Assembly: GCA_031414535.1 (NCBI GenBank)
Contig: JANNVQ010000049.1
Coordinates: 96,001 to 160,000 of the forward strand
Source of the DNA: Gemmatimonas sp.
GTDB taxonomy: Bacteria; Gemmatimonadota; Gemmatimonadetes; Gemmatimonadales; Gemmatimonadaceae
Direction: 5' to 3'
Length of the DNA stretch: 64,000 nucleotides
Shown here: piece by piece, positions 21,639-32,744 of the stretch
Position numbering within the stretch: position 1 is the stretch's first letter
Layout of the letters: the number at the start of each line of letters is the position of its first letter
The notes under the pieces: model-generated
What the model was told of the DNA's origin: nothing
Databases searched by the model: none
The model's input: only the letters and a program-made list of their open reading frames with translations
Made by a program: the position numbers and the translations under genes

Positions 21639-24600
21639 ATGCGCTCCGTAACACCTGCCGCGGGCTTTCTCCTTGCCCTTGCCCTCGCCCTCGGCCTTAG
21701 CCCCGCCCTGCTTCCCGCCCAGACGGGAAATGGGACCGAGATCATTGTTGGCCGCGTTCTCGACACCCAAGGCCAGCCGATTGTCGGCGCCAGGGTGGAT
21801 GCGACATCTATAGAGACGCAGACTACGCGGGGCCGCACGACAAACGACCGCGGGCAATTCACGATTCTCTTTCCCGACGGGAGCGGTCAGTACCGCGTGA
21901 CCGCGCGCGCCATCGGCTACGCGCCGGCCACGCAGACCGTCATCCGCCAGTCCGACGAGGACCGGCTGGAGGTGACCCTGCGTTTGCAGAAGTCCGCGCA
22001 GACCCTCCAGCAGTTCGTGGTCTCGGCGAATCGTGGTCCATTGCAGAGCAACGCCGACCGCCCCACGCCTGGTACAACCGAGCGCGTGCTCTCGGGCGAT
22101 CAGTTGTACCGCCTGCCGGTCGATGCCTCGGATCCAAGCGCACTCGCCGGACTTTCAGCGGGCGTCGTGACATTGGGCGGCACGGATTCCTCGTCCTCCG
22201 CCTTCTCTGTTGCTGGTCAGCGCGTGGATCAGAACCAAGTGACGCTGGATGGCTTGAGTTTCGGCACCGGTAGCGTTCCGCAGGAGGCCGTGCGTACGAG
22301 CCGTGTGGTCACTTCCACGTACGACGTTGCACGCGGGCAATTCACTGGCGGCCAAGTCTCGAGCACGACTCGCAGCGGCAGCAACGTGATTCAGGGGTCG
22401 CTTGGGTACGATCTGCGCACACCCGAGATGCAGTTCTACGACGACGAGGCCGTGCAGTTTGGCCAGCCGTACACGCAGAACCAATACTCGTTTGGTTTGG
22501 GTGGGCCAATCGTGAAGGACAAGGTGTTTTGGTTTGGCTCGGCGCAGTTTCGCACGCGTTCGGATGGCCTGCAGAGTTTGCTCACCGGCAACGAGGTGGT
22601 GTTCCAGCGCTTCGGCGTCTCTGAAGACTCCGCGCAGCGCTTTCTCGATCTCGTGACAGGGTACGGACTGCCTCCGCGCGTGGACGGCATTCCCTCGCGC
22701 CGCCTGTCAGAGAATCTCTCCACGCTTGCTCGCCTCGACTGGGTGCTGAGCGACAAGCACACCGTCACACTCCGCGGCGACTGGCGTTTTGGTGTGCAAG
22801 ATGGCCAGCGCATCTCGGCCTTGAGCGTGCCGCACTATGGCGGCGATCTCAATTCGCTGGGTGGCGGTGTGCTCGCCTCGCTCATCTCGCAGTTCGACAA
22901 CGGACTCATCAATGAGTTCCGACTCTACGGCGCCATTGATGAGCGCGACACGCGTCCCTATCTCGTAGCGCCTGCCGGGCGCGTGCTGGTGATTTCTGAT
23001 TTCACGGACGGCACGAGCAGTGTCGCCGCTCTGTCGTTTGGCGGAAACGGTGCGCTGCCGCAGGACGTGGCCAACGACCAGCTCGAGGCCACCAACGAAC
23101 TGTCATGGATTTCCAATGATGGCGCCCATCGCGTGAAGCTTGGCGGCCTCGTGAATCTCAGTAACTACAACCAAGACTACGCGACCAACCGCAGCGGCAC
23201 CTTCGTCTTCAACTCGCTTGCTGATCTCGAGGCCAATACCCCGTCGCAGTTCACGCGCACCTTGGCGCCGTCGGAGCGCAATGGTGGCATCACGAACAGC
23301 GCGCTCTACCTAGGGGATACTTGGCGCGTGTCGCGGGCATTTCAGATGACCTACGGTGCACGGCTCGAGCACTCGAGCTACCAAGGGGCGCCCGCGTACA
23401 ATCCTGCCGTGGACGCCGATTTTGGTCGGCGCACCGATCGCTTTCCGAGTGAAGTGCATCTGAGTCCACGTGCTGGATTCACGTGGACGCTTGGCCTGCC
23501 GCCGCAGGGCCAGCCCGGCGCGGCACCCGCGGGCGGAACGGTAGGCGGCCCAGGAGGTGGCTTCCCGGGAGGAGGCGGTGGTGGCCGCGGCGGGATGGGA
23601 GGAGGAATGGGTGGCGGGCCTGGCGGCGCAGGAGGCATGGGCGGCGCGGGCGGTCCGTTTGCAGGACTCGCCACCACCATCATTCGCGGCGGGATTGGTG
23701 AGTTCCGTGGCCGCGCACCCAACGGATTGTTCACGGGAGCGATTGACGCCACCGGTTTGCCGAGCGGCGAGTCGCAGTTGATTTGCGTCGGATCACAGGT
23801 ACCAACACCTGACTGGTCGCAGTATCTGGCGGATCCCACTTCGATTCCCAGCACCTGCATCAATGGCGGCGGTGGCGGGCCCGTGTTCACGCAGCGCCCC
23901 AACGTGACAACCTTCGACGACAATTTCGTTGCGCCCCGTTCTTGGCGCGCTTCCCTTGGCGTGCAGCGCCGCTTCTTTCAGCGGCTCAACGTCACCTTTG
24001 ATGTGTCGTACGCGCTGGGGACGGCATTGTACGGCGTGCGGGATCTCAACTTCGACGCGAATCCGCAATTCACACTCGCAGATGAAGACAACCGCCCCGT
24101 GTTTGTGCGGCCCATCTTCATTGTGCCCGCATCCGGCATCGTGAACAATCTCGCGTCGCGCGCGAACATCAATTACGGCAGCGTGTTCGCGGTGGGCTCC
24201 AACCTCGGGTCCGACACACGGCAAGCTACGCTCGGAGTCAATGGCTTCTTGCGCAACGGCATGCTGCTCAGCGCCAGCTACACGTATGCGCGCTCGCGAG
24301 ATCAGTCCTCATTCTCCTGTTGCAACGCGCAGCAAGCCTTCGGCTCACCCACGACTGCCGGCAATCCCAACGAAACGCCGTGGGGCACCAGCGACCTTGA
24401 GCGCCGCCATGTCATCGTGACCACTCTGACGATGCCGCTGCATCCGTCGCTCGAGTTCACGATGATAGGCCGCGCCACGTCGGGGCAGCCGTATACGCCG
24501 CGCGTAGCCAATGACATCAACGGCGACGGCGCACGCAACGACCGCGCCTTCATTTTTGATCCCGCAACGGCAGCGGATCCCGCACTTGCCGCGGCCATGC

Positions 24601-25511
24601 AGAACCTGCTCGATGGTGCCACGCCGGGCGTCCGCGACTGCTTGGCTTCACAACTCGGCCAACTCGCAGCACGCAACAGCTGCTTTGCGCCGTGGTTCCC
24701 CTCGTTGGACCTTCGCGTCAATTATCGCCCTGACCGACTCGGACTCAAGCGCAACCTGATGATTTCGCTACAGCTGGTGAATCCGCTTGCTGGCTTGGAC
24801 CGAATCGTAAACGGCAACGAGGAGGAAGGCTGGGGTCAGCCGCGACGTATTGATCCCAACCTCCTGTATGTGACGAGCTTTGATCAGGCGCAGCAGCGCT
24901 TTGTGTACACGGTGAACGAGCGCTTCGGCGATGCCACTGGATCGCTCAGCGGCGGCCGTGGCGTGGGACAGCAGTTGAATCCCTTTCAGGTGGCGCTGCA
25001 GTTTCGCTACACGGTAGGCCCAGACCGCACGCGTGACGCGATGCTCGCGGCGCAGGCGGCGGCGCGCGGTGGGCGCGGGGGAGCGGGCGGGGCTGGTGGC
25101 GGTGATATGAGCGCGCTCGTGCGCCGGTTCGCTCAGAATCCCTTCCAGCAGACGCTCGCACTCAAGGATTCGCTCGCACTCGATAGCGCGCAGGTCGTAC
25201 GACTTGACGCGTTCCGCGAGGCTTTCGATGGCCGTGTGAATACCTTGGCCGCAAATGTACAGGAACGCTTGCAGCGCATTGGCAATAACGCCGACCCGCA
25301 GGCCGCAATGCAGCAGCTCCAGGGCCCGCTTGCTGACGCACAACGAATTCGCGCCGAAGCCCTGACCGCGCTACAGGGCCTGCTCACGCCGGAGCAGTGG
25401 GCCAAGTTGCCACCACGGATTAAGAATCCGCAGCAGGGGTTCCCGGGCGGTACAGGCCAGGGCGGCACGGGTCCTGGCGGTGGACAAAGACCGGCCGGCC
25501 GCGTGCCGTGA
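21639..25511 (+). CDS. Oar-like TonB-dependent receptor with N-terminal carboxypeptidase-regulatory-like domain and C-terminal extension
   Basis: Signal peptide; GRVLDTQGQPIVGARV...TNDRGQF domain; plug motif YDVARGQFTGG...TRSGSN; barrel start GGPIVKDKVFWFGS; SPRAGFTW. Confidence 0.82.
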   Translation: MRSVTPAAGFLLALALALGLSPALLPAQTGNGTEIIVGRVLDTQGQPIVGARVDATSIETQTTRGRTTNDRGQFTILFPDGSGQYRVTARAIGYAPATQTVIRQSDEDRLEVTLRLQKSAQTLQQFVVSANRGPLQSNADRPTPGTTERVLSGDQLYRLPVDASDPSALAGLSAGVVTLGGTDSSSSAFSVAGQRVDQNQVTLDGLSFGTGSVPQEAVRTSRVVTSTYDVARGQFTGGQVSSTTRSGSNVIQGSLGYDLRTPEMQFYDDEAVQFGQPYTQNQYSFGLGGPIVKDKVFWFGSAQFRTRSDGLQSLLTGNEVVFQRFGVSEDSAQRFLDLVTGYGLPPRVDGIPSRRLSENLSTLARLDWVLSDKHTVTLRGDWRFGVQDGQRISALSVPHYGGDLNSLGGGVLASLISQFDNGLINEFRLYGAIDERDTRPYLVAPAGRVLVISDFTDGTSSVAALSFGGNGALPQDVANDQLEATNELSWISNDGAHRVKLGGLVNLSNYNQDYATNRSGTFVFNSLADLEANTPSQFTRTLAPSERNGGITNSALYLGDTWRVSRAFQMTYGARLEHSSYQGAPAYNPAVDADFGRRTDRFPSEVHLSPRAGFTWTLGLPPQGQPGAAPAGGTVGGPGGGFPGGGGGGRGGMGGGMGGGPGGAGGMGGAGGPFAGLATTIIRGGIGEFRGRAPNGLFTGAIDATGLPSGESQLICVGSQVPTPDWSQYLADPTSIPSTCINGGGGGPVFTQRPNVTTFDDNFVAPRSWRASLGVQRRFFQRLNVTFDVSYALGTALYGVRDLNFDANPQFTLADEDNRPVFVRPIFIVPASGIVNNLASRANINYGSVFAVGSNLGSDTRQATLGVNGFLRNGMLLSASYTYARSRDQSSFSCCNAQQAFGSPTTAGNPNETPWGTSDLERRHVIVTTLTMPLHPSLEFTMIGRATSGQPYTPRVANDINGDGARNDRAFIFDPATAADPALAAAMQNLLDGATPGVRDCLASQLGQLAARNSCFAPWFPSLDLRVNYRPDRLGLKRNLMISLQLVNPLAGLDRIVNGNEEEGWGQPRRIDPNLLYVTSFDQAQQRFVYTVNERFGDATGSLSGGRGVGQQLNPFQVALQFRYTVGPDRTRDAMLAAQAAARGGRGGAGGAGGGDMSALVRRFAQNPFQQTLALKDSLALDSAQVVRLDAFREAFDGRVNTLAANVQERLQRIGNNADPQAAMQQLQGPLADAQRIRAEALTALQGLLTPEQWAKLPPRIKNPQQGFPGGTGQGGTGPGGGQRPAGRVP

Positions 25512-25944
25512 ACTCCGCGGCCGCTCGGATGCGCTGCAGGGAGAATTGCTCGACGTGCTCGAGGCCGCCAAGGGCGTGATGGCTGCGCATCCCGTGCTCG
25601 GTCCGCTGTCCTTCAGCTTGCTATGAGCGCTCTCCGCACTGCTGGCCGCGGTGTCGAGCCCGGTGCTCGTACCATCGGCCATCTATAACATGGGGAGCGC
25701 CACTCACCGTGCTGATGCTCTGGATTGGCTGGTCGCTTGGCGGACTGCTGTCCTACACGATTGCCCTAACGTTCGGCCGACGCGTGCTTCGCTGGATGGT
25801 CTCCGAAAAACGCTAGCGCGGGGCCAGCATCTCCTCGACAAGCGTCCACGATTTCTGTCGGTGCTGCTGCATCTCACCTTGCCCTCCGAGATTCCTGGCC
25901 ACCCCCTTGGGCTCGCGCGGGTCATCCGAGCGCGGGATGCTTGA
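25508..25944 (+). pseudogene. Degraded VTT/TVP38 (DedA superfamily) membrane protein gene
   Basis: Joining frames gives ...HPVLGPLSFSLL*ALSALLAAVSSPVLVPSAIY/TWGAPLTVLMLWIGWSLGGLLSYTIALTFGRRVLRWMVSEK/TLARGQ...LPSEIPGHPLGLAR, with one internal stop and two frameshifts. Confidence 0.6.
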
Positions 25945-27610
25945 GGTGAAAATCTGTCGCCTGCTGATACGCGTTCGCCACACGAAGTAGCGTGGCTTCA
26001 TCAAAGAGCCGACCCACGAAGGTCAATGACACGGGCGTACCGTTCTCGCGGAAACCGTGCGGCAGGATGACGGCGGGATGGCCCGTGAGATTGGTGGCCA
26101 AGAGTTGTCCCGAGTTTGTTGGCGCGACGATGACATCCACGCGGTCCATCAATGACTCCCAGCTGCGCATGACCTGAGTGCGCACACGGTTGGCGTTGAT
26201 GTAGTCCACCGCCGGAATGAAGCGCGACTCACGGAACGTCTGTGGCCAGGAGTTGGGGCCCTGCCCTGCGAGCTCCGCGACGCGACCAGAACGCGTGAGG
26301 TCGTCAAACGCAGCTCCCGCTTCCGCCGTCAGGATGATGCGCAACGCGGCATACGGATGCTCGGGGACCTCCACGTCAATGAGCGAAACGCCGAGTCCGG
26401 CCATCACCTGCAACGCGGCCGTGTCGAAGGGCTTCGTCGCCGTCTGCCGCTCGAAGTCCGCGCGCATCACGCCCACCCGCACTCCTCTCACGCTGGCATT
26501 GCCGTCCCAGCTGTAGGGCGCGGCGTGCACGGTGGAGTCTTGATCGTCCGGGCCGTGCAGCGCGCTGAACACCACGGCGCAATCCTCCACCGAGCGTGCC
26601 AGCGGTCCCAGCTTGTCCATCGTCCAACTCAGTGCCATCGCCCCGGTCCGCGGCACGCGACCAAACGTGGGACGCAAGCCCGTCGCGCCACAGCGCGTGC
26701 TCGGCGACGAGATGGAGCCCAATGTTTCGGAGCCAATGGCGAAGCCCACCGCGCCTGCGGCGGCGGCAGAAGCGGAGCCAGCCGAAGAACCGCTCGAGCC
26801 CTGCGTCAAATCCCACGGATTGCGCGTCATGCCGCCAAACCACACATCACCTTGCGCAAGCTCGCCCAACGTGAGCTTGGCGATGAGCACCGCGCCGGCT
26901 TCATCAAGACGCTTCACGACGGTGGCGTCGGTGTCGAAGCGCTGCTCGCGGTACGGCGCCGCGCCCCAGGTCGTGGGTGCACCGGCCACCGCGAGCAGAT
27001 CCTTGGCGCCCCACGGGATGCCATGCAACGGACCCTTGTAGCGTCCCCGTGCGATTTCTGCGTCGGCGGCGCGCGCCTTCGTCAGTGCACGCTCGCGCAA
27101 CACCGTGGTGGCGAACATGAGTTGCGGATTCAGTCGCTCGAGGCGGTCCAGATACATCGTCGTGAGTCGCTCTGAGGTCACCACCCGGCGACGCACGAGA
27201 TTCGCCAAAGTCGTGAGCGGTGCGTAGGCCAACTCCGCATCCGTCGGCGGTAGTACCGCGTTCGGACGCTGCGTAAGCACTGGCGGCCGGCTCTCACCTT
27301 TGGGCAGCGCACTGGGACGCGGCAGCGCCGAGAAGCTGATGGCCGGCGCGACGTCGTTTGGCAGCGTCACCTCATGCAGCGCGGCCAGGCCCGTGGCTTG
27401 GCGACGCAGCCCGTTCACAAGCGCTTCTCGCTGGGCTTCGGTGAACTGAACGCCAGCAATCTCCTCGGCGGCAGCCACTGATGCCGTGGTGATCTCGGCG
27501 CCTTCCGCGACCTTGGCCCAGAGCACGCCAGGCAACAGGGAACCGGCCACGCCGAGCGCCGAGAAGTGGGTGAGGAAGTTGCGGCGAGTTTCGGCGAGCG
27601 ATGACGACAT
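25922..27610 (-). CDS. Amidase signature family protein with Tat-like signal
   Basis: GPLHGIPWGAKD, GSSGSSAGSA, GSETLGSISSPS; N-terminal TRRNFL. Confidence 0.9.
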   Translation of the reverse strand: MSSSLAETRRNFLTHFSALGVAGSLLPGVLWAKVAEGAEITTASVAAAEEIAGVQFTEAQREALVNGLRRQATGLAALHEVTLPNDVAPAISFSALPRPSALPKGESRPPVLTQRPNAVLPPTDAELAYAPLTTLANLVRRRVVTSERLTTMYLDRLERLNPQLMFATTVLRERALTKARAADAEIARGRYKGPLHGIPWGAKDLLAVAGAPTTWGAAPYREQRFDTDATVVKRLDEAGAVLIAKLTLGELAQGDVWFGGMTRNPWDLTQGSSGSSAGSASAAAAGAVGFAIGSETLGSISSPSTRCGATGLRPTFGRVPRTGAMALSWTMDKLGPLARSVEDCAVVFSALHGPDDQDSTVHAAPYSWDGNASVRGVRVGVMRADFERQTATKPFDTAALQVMAGLGVSLIDVEVPEHPYAALRIILTAEAGAAFDDLTRSGRVAELAGQGPNSWPQTFRESRFIPAVDYINANRVRTQVMRSWESLMDRVDVIVAPTNSGQLLATNLTGHPAVILPHGFRENGTPVSLTFVGRLFDEATLLRVANAYQQATDFHLKHPALG

Positions 27611-27678
27611 GAGGGTAGCCTGGTGAAGGTTCGTGACGAGTGTAATGTGTCGCGATGGGGCGCCGAGCGCGATATTGT

Positions 27679-29118
27679 ATGATGTCAATTTTTCGCCTAC
27701 TTGCCCTGTTGCTTTTGATGCTGCCGCCTGCACTCCAAGCGCAGGGGTCGGCGGTCACGCGCCGCGATCTCGCGGACGCGTACCTCATGATTGATCGCAT
27801 CGCGATGACGCGCGGGCTTCCCGTGGCCCAGCGTGCGGATTGGAACCGTGATTTCGACCGCACAACGCTGGCCTTCTTTGGCGGCGACTTTCCGCGTGTG
27901 TTGCGCCAGATGCACGACCTTACCGCACGCATGTTGGGCGATTCTGCGCTGGCGAGCCCGACTCGCCAATTGCTGGCCCTGCGGCTGCGCACGACTCCTC
28001 GAGTCTTCACTCCCCGTGACTCTACGCTTCAGCTCACGGTCAAAGTGATGTATGCCGATACATCTATACAGACCGCTCGTGCGTTGATGCTACGCATTGT
28101 GCGTCAGGACGGAACCGTCGCGCTGACTCGGGAACTCGTGATTCCCGCCGGTGCCGCCGCCGGAAGCGAGTACGCCGTGAGCCTGCCCACATCGGGCCTC
28201 ATACTCGACCGCGGCCGCTTCATCGCTGAAGCCACATTGGCTGGTGCACAGATGACTCTCCGCGCCCAGCTGTTTGCTATGAGTATGAGCGCGGACTCGG
28301 CCCGAGCTGAACTCGGACGCATGGCCGGGCTTGTCGAAGCCAAAGCCGACCCGCAGCTGCGCGCCTCGCTTCGTGCGAGACTTACCCTCCTTGCAGACCG
28401 ACCGGACGAGAGCAGCTCTGCGCAGTTTCTCGCTGACCCTGTCGCAATCTCGGATGCCATTCTGCAGGAGATCGAAGCCGTTGATGCCGGCCGCGATCCG
28501 TACCGGCGCACCGGTGATGTGTGGCGCGTACTCAAGATGCCCAACGGGGAAGTGCCGCTTCGACTCTACGTACCGCCGCAGGCGCGCACGGGCCGCGCAA
28601 TGCCCGTCGTGATTGCGCTCCATGGGGCAGGCGCAGATGAAAACATGTTTCTCGAGGGATACGGAGCTGGCCGCCTCCGTGATCTCGCGGACTCTGCGGG
28701 ATTCGTCCTCCTCTCACCACTGACCACGGCATTCGTGCGAGAGCCCGGCACGCTCGATTCTGCGCTCGCATTGATTGCACGCTCCGCAACAATCGATCGC
28801 CAGCGCGTGTATCTCATTGGGCATTCGATGGGTGGCGCCGCAACCATTCGCATCGCGACCGAGTCACGCGATCAGATTCGTGCTGCGGTAGTACTAGCTG
28901 GTACGGGTGCGCTTCCTCCTGGCGGTCGCATTGCACCCACGCTGTTCATCGGTGCGGAAACAGATTTGGTGATTCCCGTCACGCGCGTGCGTGTGACCTA
29001 TGACCAGTTCCTCGCTGCGGGTGCGCCGGTAGAATATGAGCAGGCGAATGGATGGGGTCACACTCTGATAGTTGGGGCACGTTTAGAGCGCGCAGTGCAT
29101 TGGTTATTGCAACGCTAG
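27679..29118 (+). CDS. Secreted alpha/beta hydrolase (esterase-like)
   Basis: Signal peptide, ALHGAG oxyanion motif, GHSMGG nucleophile elbow, D and WGH triad residues. Confidence 0.8.
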   Translation: MMSIFRLLALLLLMLPPALQAQGSAVTRRDLADAYLMIDRIAMTRGLPVAQRADWNRDFDRTTLAFFGGDFPRVLRQMHDLTARMLGDSALASPTRQLLALRLRTTPRVFTPRDSTLQLTVKVMYADTSIQTARALMLRIVRQDGTVALTRELVIPAGAAAGSEYAVSLPTSGLILDRGRFIAEATLAGAQMTLRAQLFAMSMSADSARAELGRMAGLVEAKADPQLRASLRARLTLLADRPDESSSAQFLADPVAISDAILQEIEAVDAGRDPYRRTGDVWRVLKMPNGEVPLRLYVPPQARTGRAMPVVIALHGAGADENMFLEGYGAGRLRDLADSAGFVLLSPLTTAFVREPGTLDSALALIARSATIDRQRVYLIGHSMGGAATIRIATESRDQIRAAVVLAGTGALPPGGRIAPTLFIGAETDLVIPVTRVRVTYDQFLAAGAPVEYEQANGWGHTLIVGARLERAVHWLLQR

Positions 29119-29160
29119 ATGCACTGAAAATCCTCCCCACTTTTTATTGGAGTCTGTGTC

Positions 29161-29700
29161 GTGTCTATTCGCTCAACCTCGCTCATTGCTGTTGCTCTCG
29201 CTTCCGTGGCTTGCTCGCGCAAGGCACCAGAGACGCCGGCACCCGCCATCAGCGACGCCAACATCGCCGCCATCGTGGTGACGGCCAACACCATTGATAT
29301 CCAGTACGCAGACCTCGCCCTCGCTAAGAGCCAGGATGCGGACGTTCGGGAGTTCGCAACCATGGTCAAGCGCGATCACCAGTCCGTGAATGAAGCCGCT
29401 GGTGCGCTCGTCACGCGCCTAGGCGTGACCCCCGAGATGAACAGCGTTGCATTTGACCTTCGCGATAATGCTGAGACCAAGCGCCTCACGCTGCGCGACT
29501 TCGAAGGCGCGGCTTTTGATTCCGCCTATGCGGCCAATGAAGTGGCATATCACACCACCGTGCTCGGCGCGATCGACGGCGCCTTGATTCCGTCCGCGCA
29601 AAACGCGGAACTGAAGGCACTGCTCGTCGCGGTACGTCCCGCGGTGGCGGCGCACCTTCAGCACGCACGCGAACTCGCATCCAAGAAGTCGCGCCGCTAA
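29161..29700 (+). CDS. DUF4142-family ferritin-like lipoprotein
   Basis: Lipobox SVAC; ANTIDI...FATMVKRDH...FDSAYAANEVAYH...HLQHA pattern. Confidence 0.75.
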   Translation: MSIRSTSLIAVALASVACSRKAPETPAPAISDANIAAIVVTANTIDIQYADLALAKSQDADVREFATMVKRDHQSVNEAAGALVTRLGVTPEMNSVAFDLRDNAETKRLTLRDFEGAAFDSAYAANEVAYHTTVLGAIDGALIPSAQNAELKALLVAVRPAVAAHLQHARELASKKSRR

Positions 29701-30032
29701 TGCGCTCTTTCGCGGTGGGCGCGGCGCTTCTTGGAGTGGTCGTGGCCTGCGGCGCTACCGCAGCCAAGTCCAACACCTCGCGCCTTGAGATTGCGATGCG
29801 CGGCAACTCCTATGGGCCGCGACGCGCCGAAGTCACGCTCGGCGACACCATCGTTTGGATCAACCGCGACATTGTGCGGCACGATGCGGTGAAGCCGGGA
29901 CTGTTCAATTCCGGCGAACTCATTGGTGGCGAGAGCTTCCAGTGGATTCCCTCTGACACAGGTGTGGTGGAGTATCGCTGCACCATCCACCAGCGGATGC
30001 GCGGCGAAATCCGGATTGTTCCCAAGAGCTAA
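29700..30032 (+). CDS. Small blue-copper cupredoxin (plastocyanin/amicyanin-like)
   Basis: GDTIVWIN...RH and YRCTIHQRMRG type-1 Cu ligands (H, C, H, M); export signal; TAATG overlap with the upstream gene. Confidence 0.82.
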   Translation: MRSFAVGAALLGVVVACGATAAKSNTSRLEIAMRGNSYGPRRAEVTLGDTIVWINRDIVRHDAVKPGLFNSGELIGGESFQWIPSDTGVVEYRCTIHQRMRGEIRIVPKS

Positions 30033-30239
30033 GTCGTTGCATTAAATGGGGTTATGTGCAAGGCGGGGGTCATCTGACCCCCGCCTTTCTTACACTCTGT
30101 AGGAAGTCGCGTATTCAGACTTCTGCAGTATCTGCACGTGAGCCGATCCAATACGGCCAAAAGTCTTTGAAAAATGCAAAAGTGCGCTTAAAATTGTGCA
30201 TCACTTGCAGTATCCGTAACACACCTACCGCCATCTCCA

Positions 30240-32459
<2,220 letters not shown>

Positions 32460-32486
32460 GCTGTGACGTGAGTTGTGTGACGTGTG

Positions 32487-32525
32487 AAGCGGGGCGCGGA
32501 CATTGTCCGCGCCCCGCTTTGCTTT
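32487..32525. terminator. Intrinsic terminator between convergent genes
   Basis: AAGCGGGGCGCGGACA-T-TGTCCGCGCCCCGCTT followed by TGCTTT. Confidence 0.8.
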
Positions 32526-32542
32526 CGCATCACCGAAAAGTG

Positions 32543-32716
32543 CTATCGGCCGCTCTTGAGCGGCTGGCCACCCTTCGCCTTGTTTGCCTCTCGCTGTGCA
32601 TCGCTGCGCTGCTTGGCCTTGTTGAGCTTGGCAATCTGCTCGGTTGCGGGTTTTGCTTGCTTTTCCGCACGCTGCTTCTGCTTGCTCAACAGAACGTCCG
32701 CTAGTGTCTTCTTCAT
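32543..32716 (-). CDS. Unannotated 57-aa Lys/Gln-rich basic peptide
   Basis: Manual translation MKKTLADVLLSKQKQRAEKQAKPATEQIAKLNKAKQRSDAQREANKAKGGQPLKSGR*; GGAG RBS just upstream; starts 28 nt after the SET fusion gene; shorter than anything in the ORF track. Confidence 0.7.
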   Translation of the reverse strand: MKKTLADVLLSKQKQRAEKQAKPATEQIAKLNKAKQRSDAQREANKAKGGQPLKSGR

Positions 32717-32744
32717 TCGCTCTCCAGTAGAACCTGAATGATAG

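Noticed and set aside
25922..27610. gatA
   Set aside because: It has a Tat-like signal and no adjacent gatB/gatC; a generic amidase call is safer.
30170..30210. NtrC box or sigma54 promoter upstream of GSIII
   Set aside because: TGCGC-N8-GTGCA is one base off the usual spacing, and no GG-N10-GC element was found.
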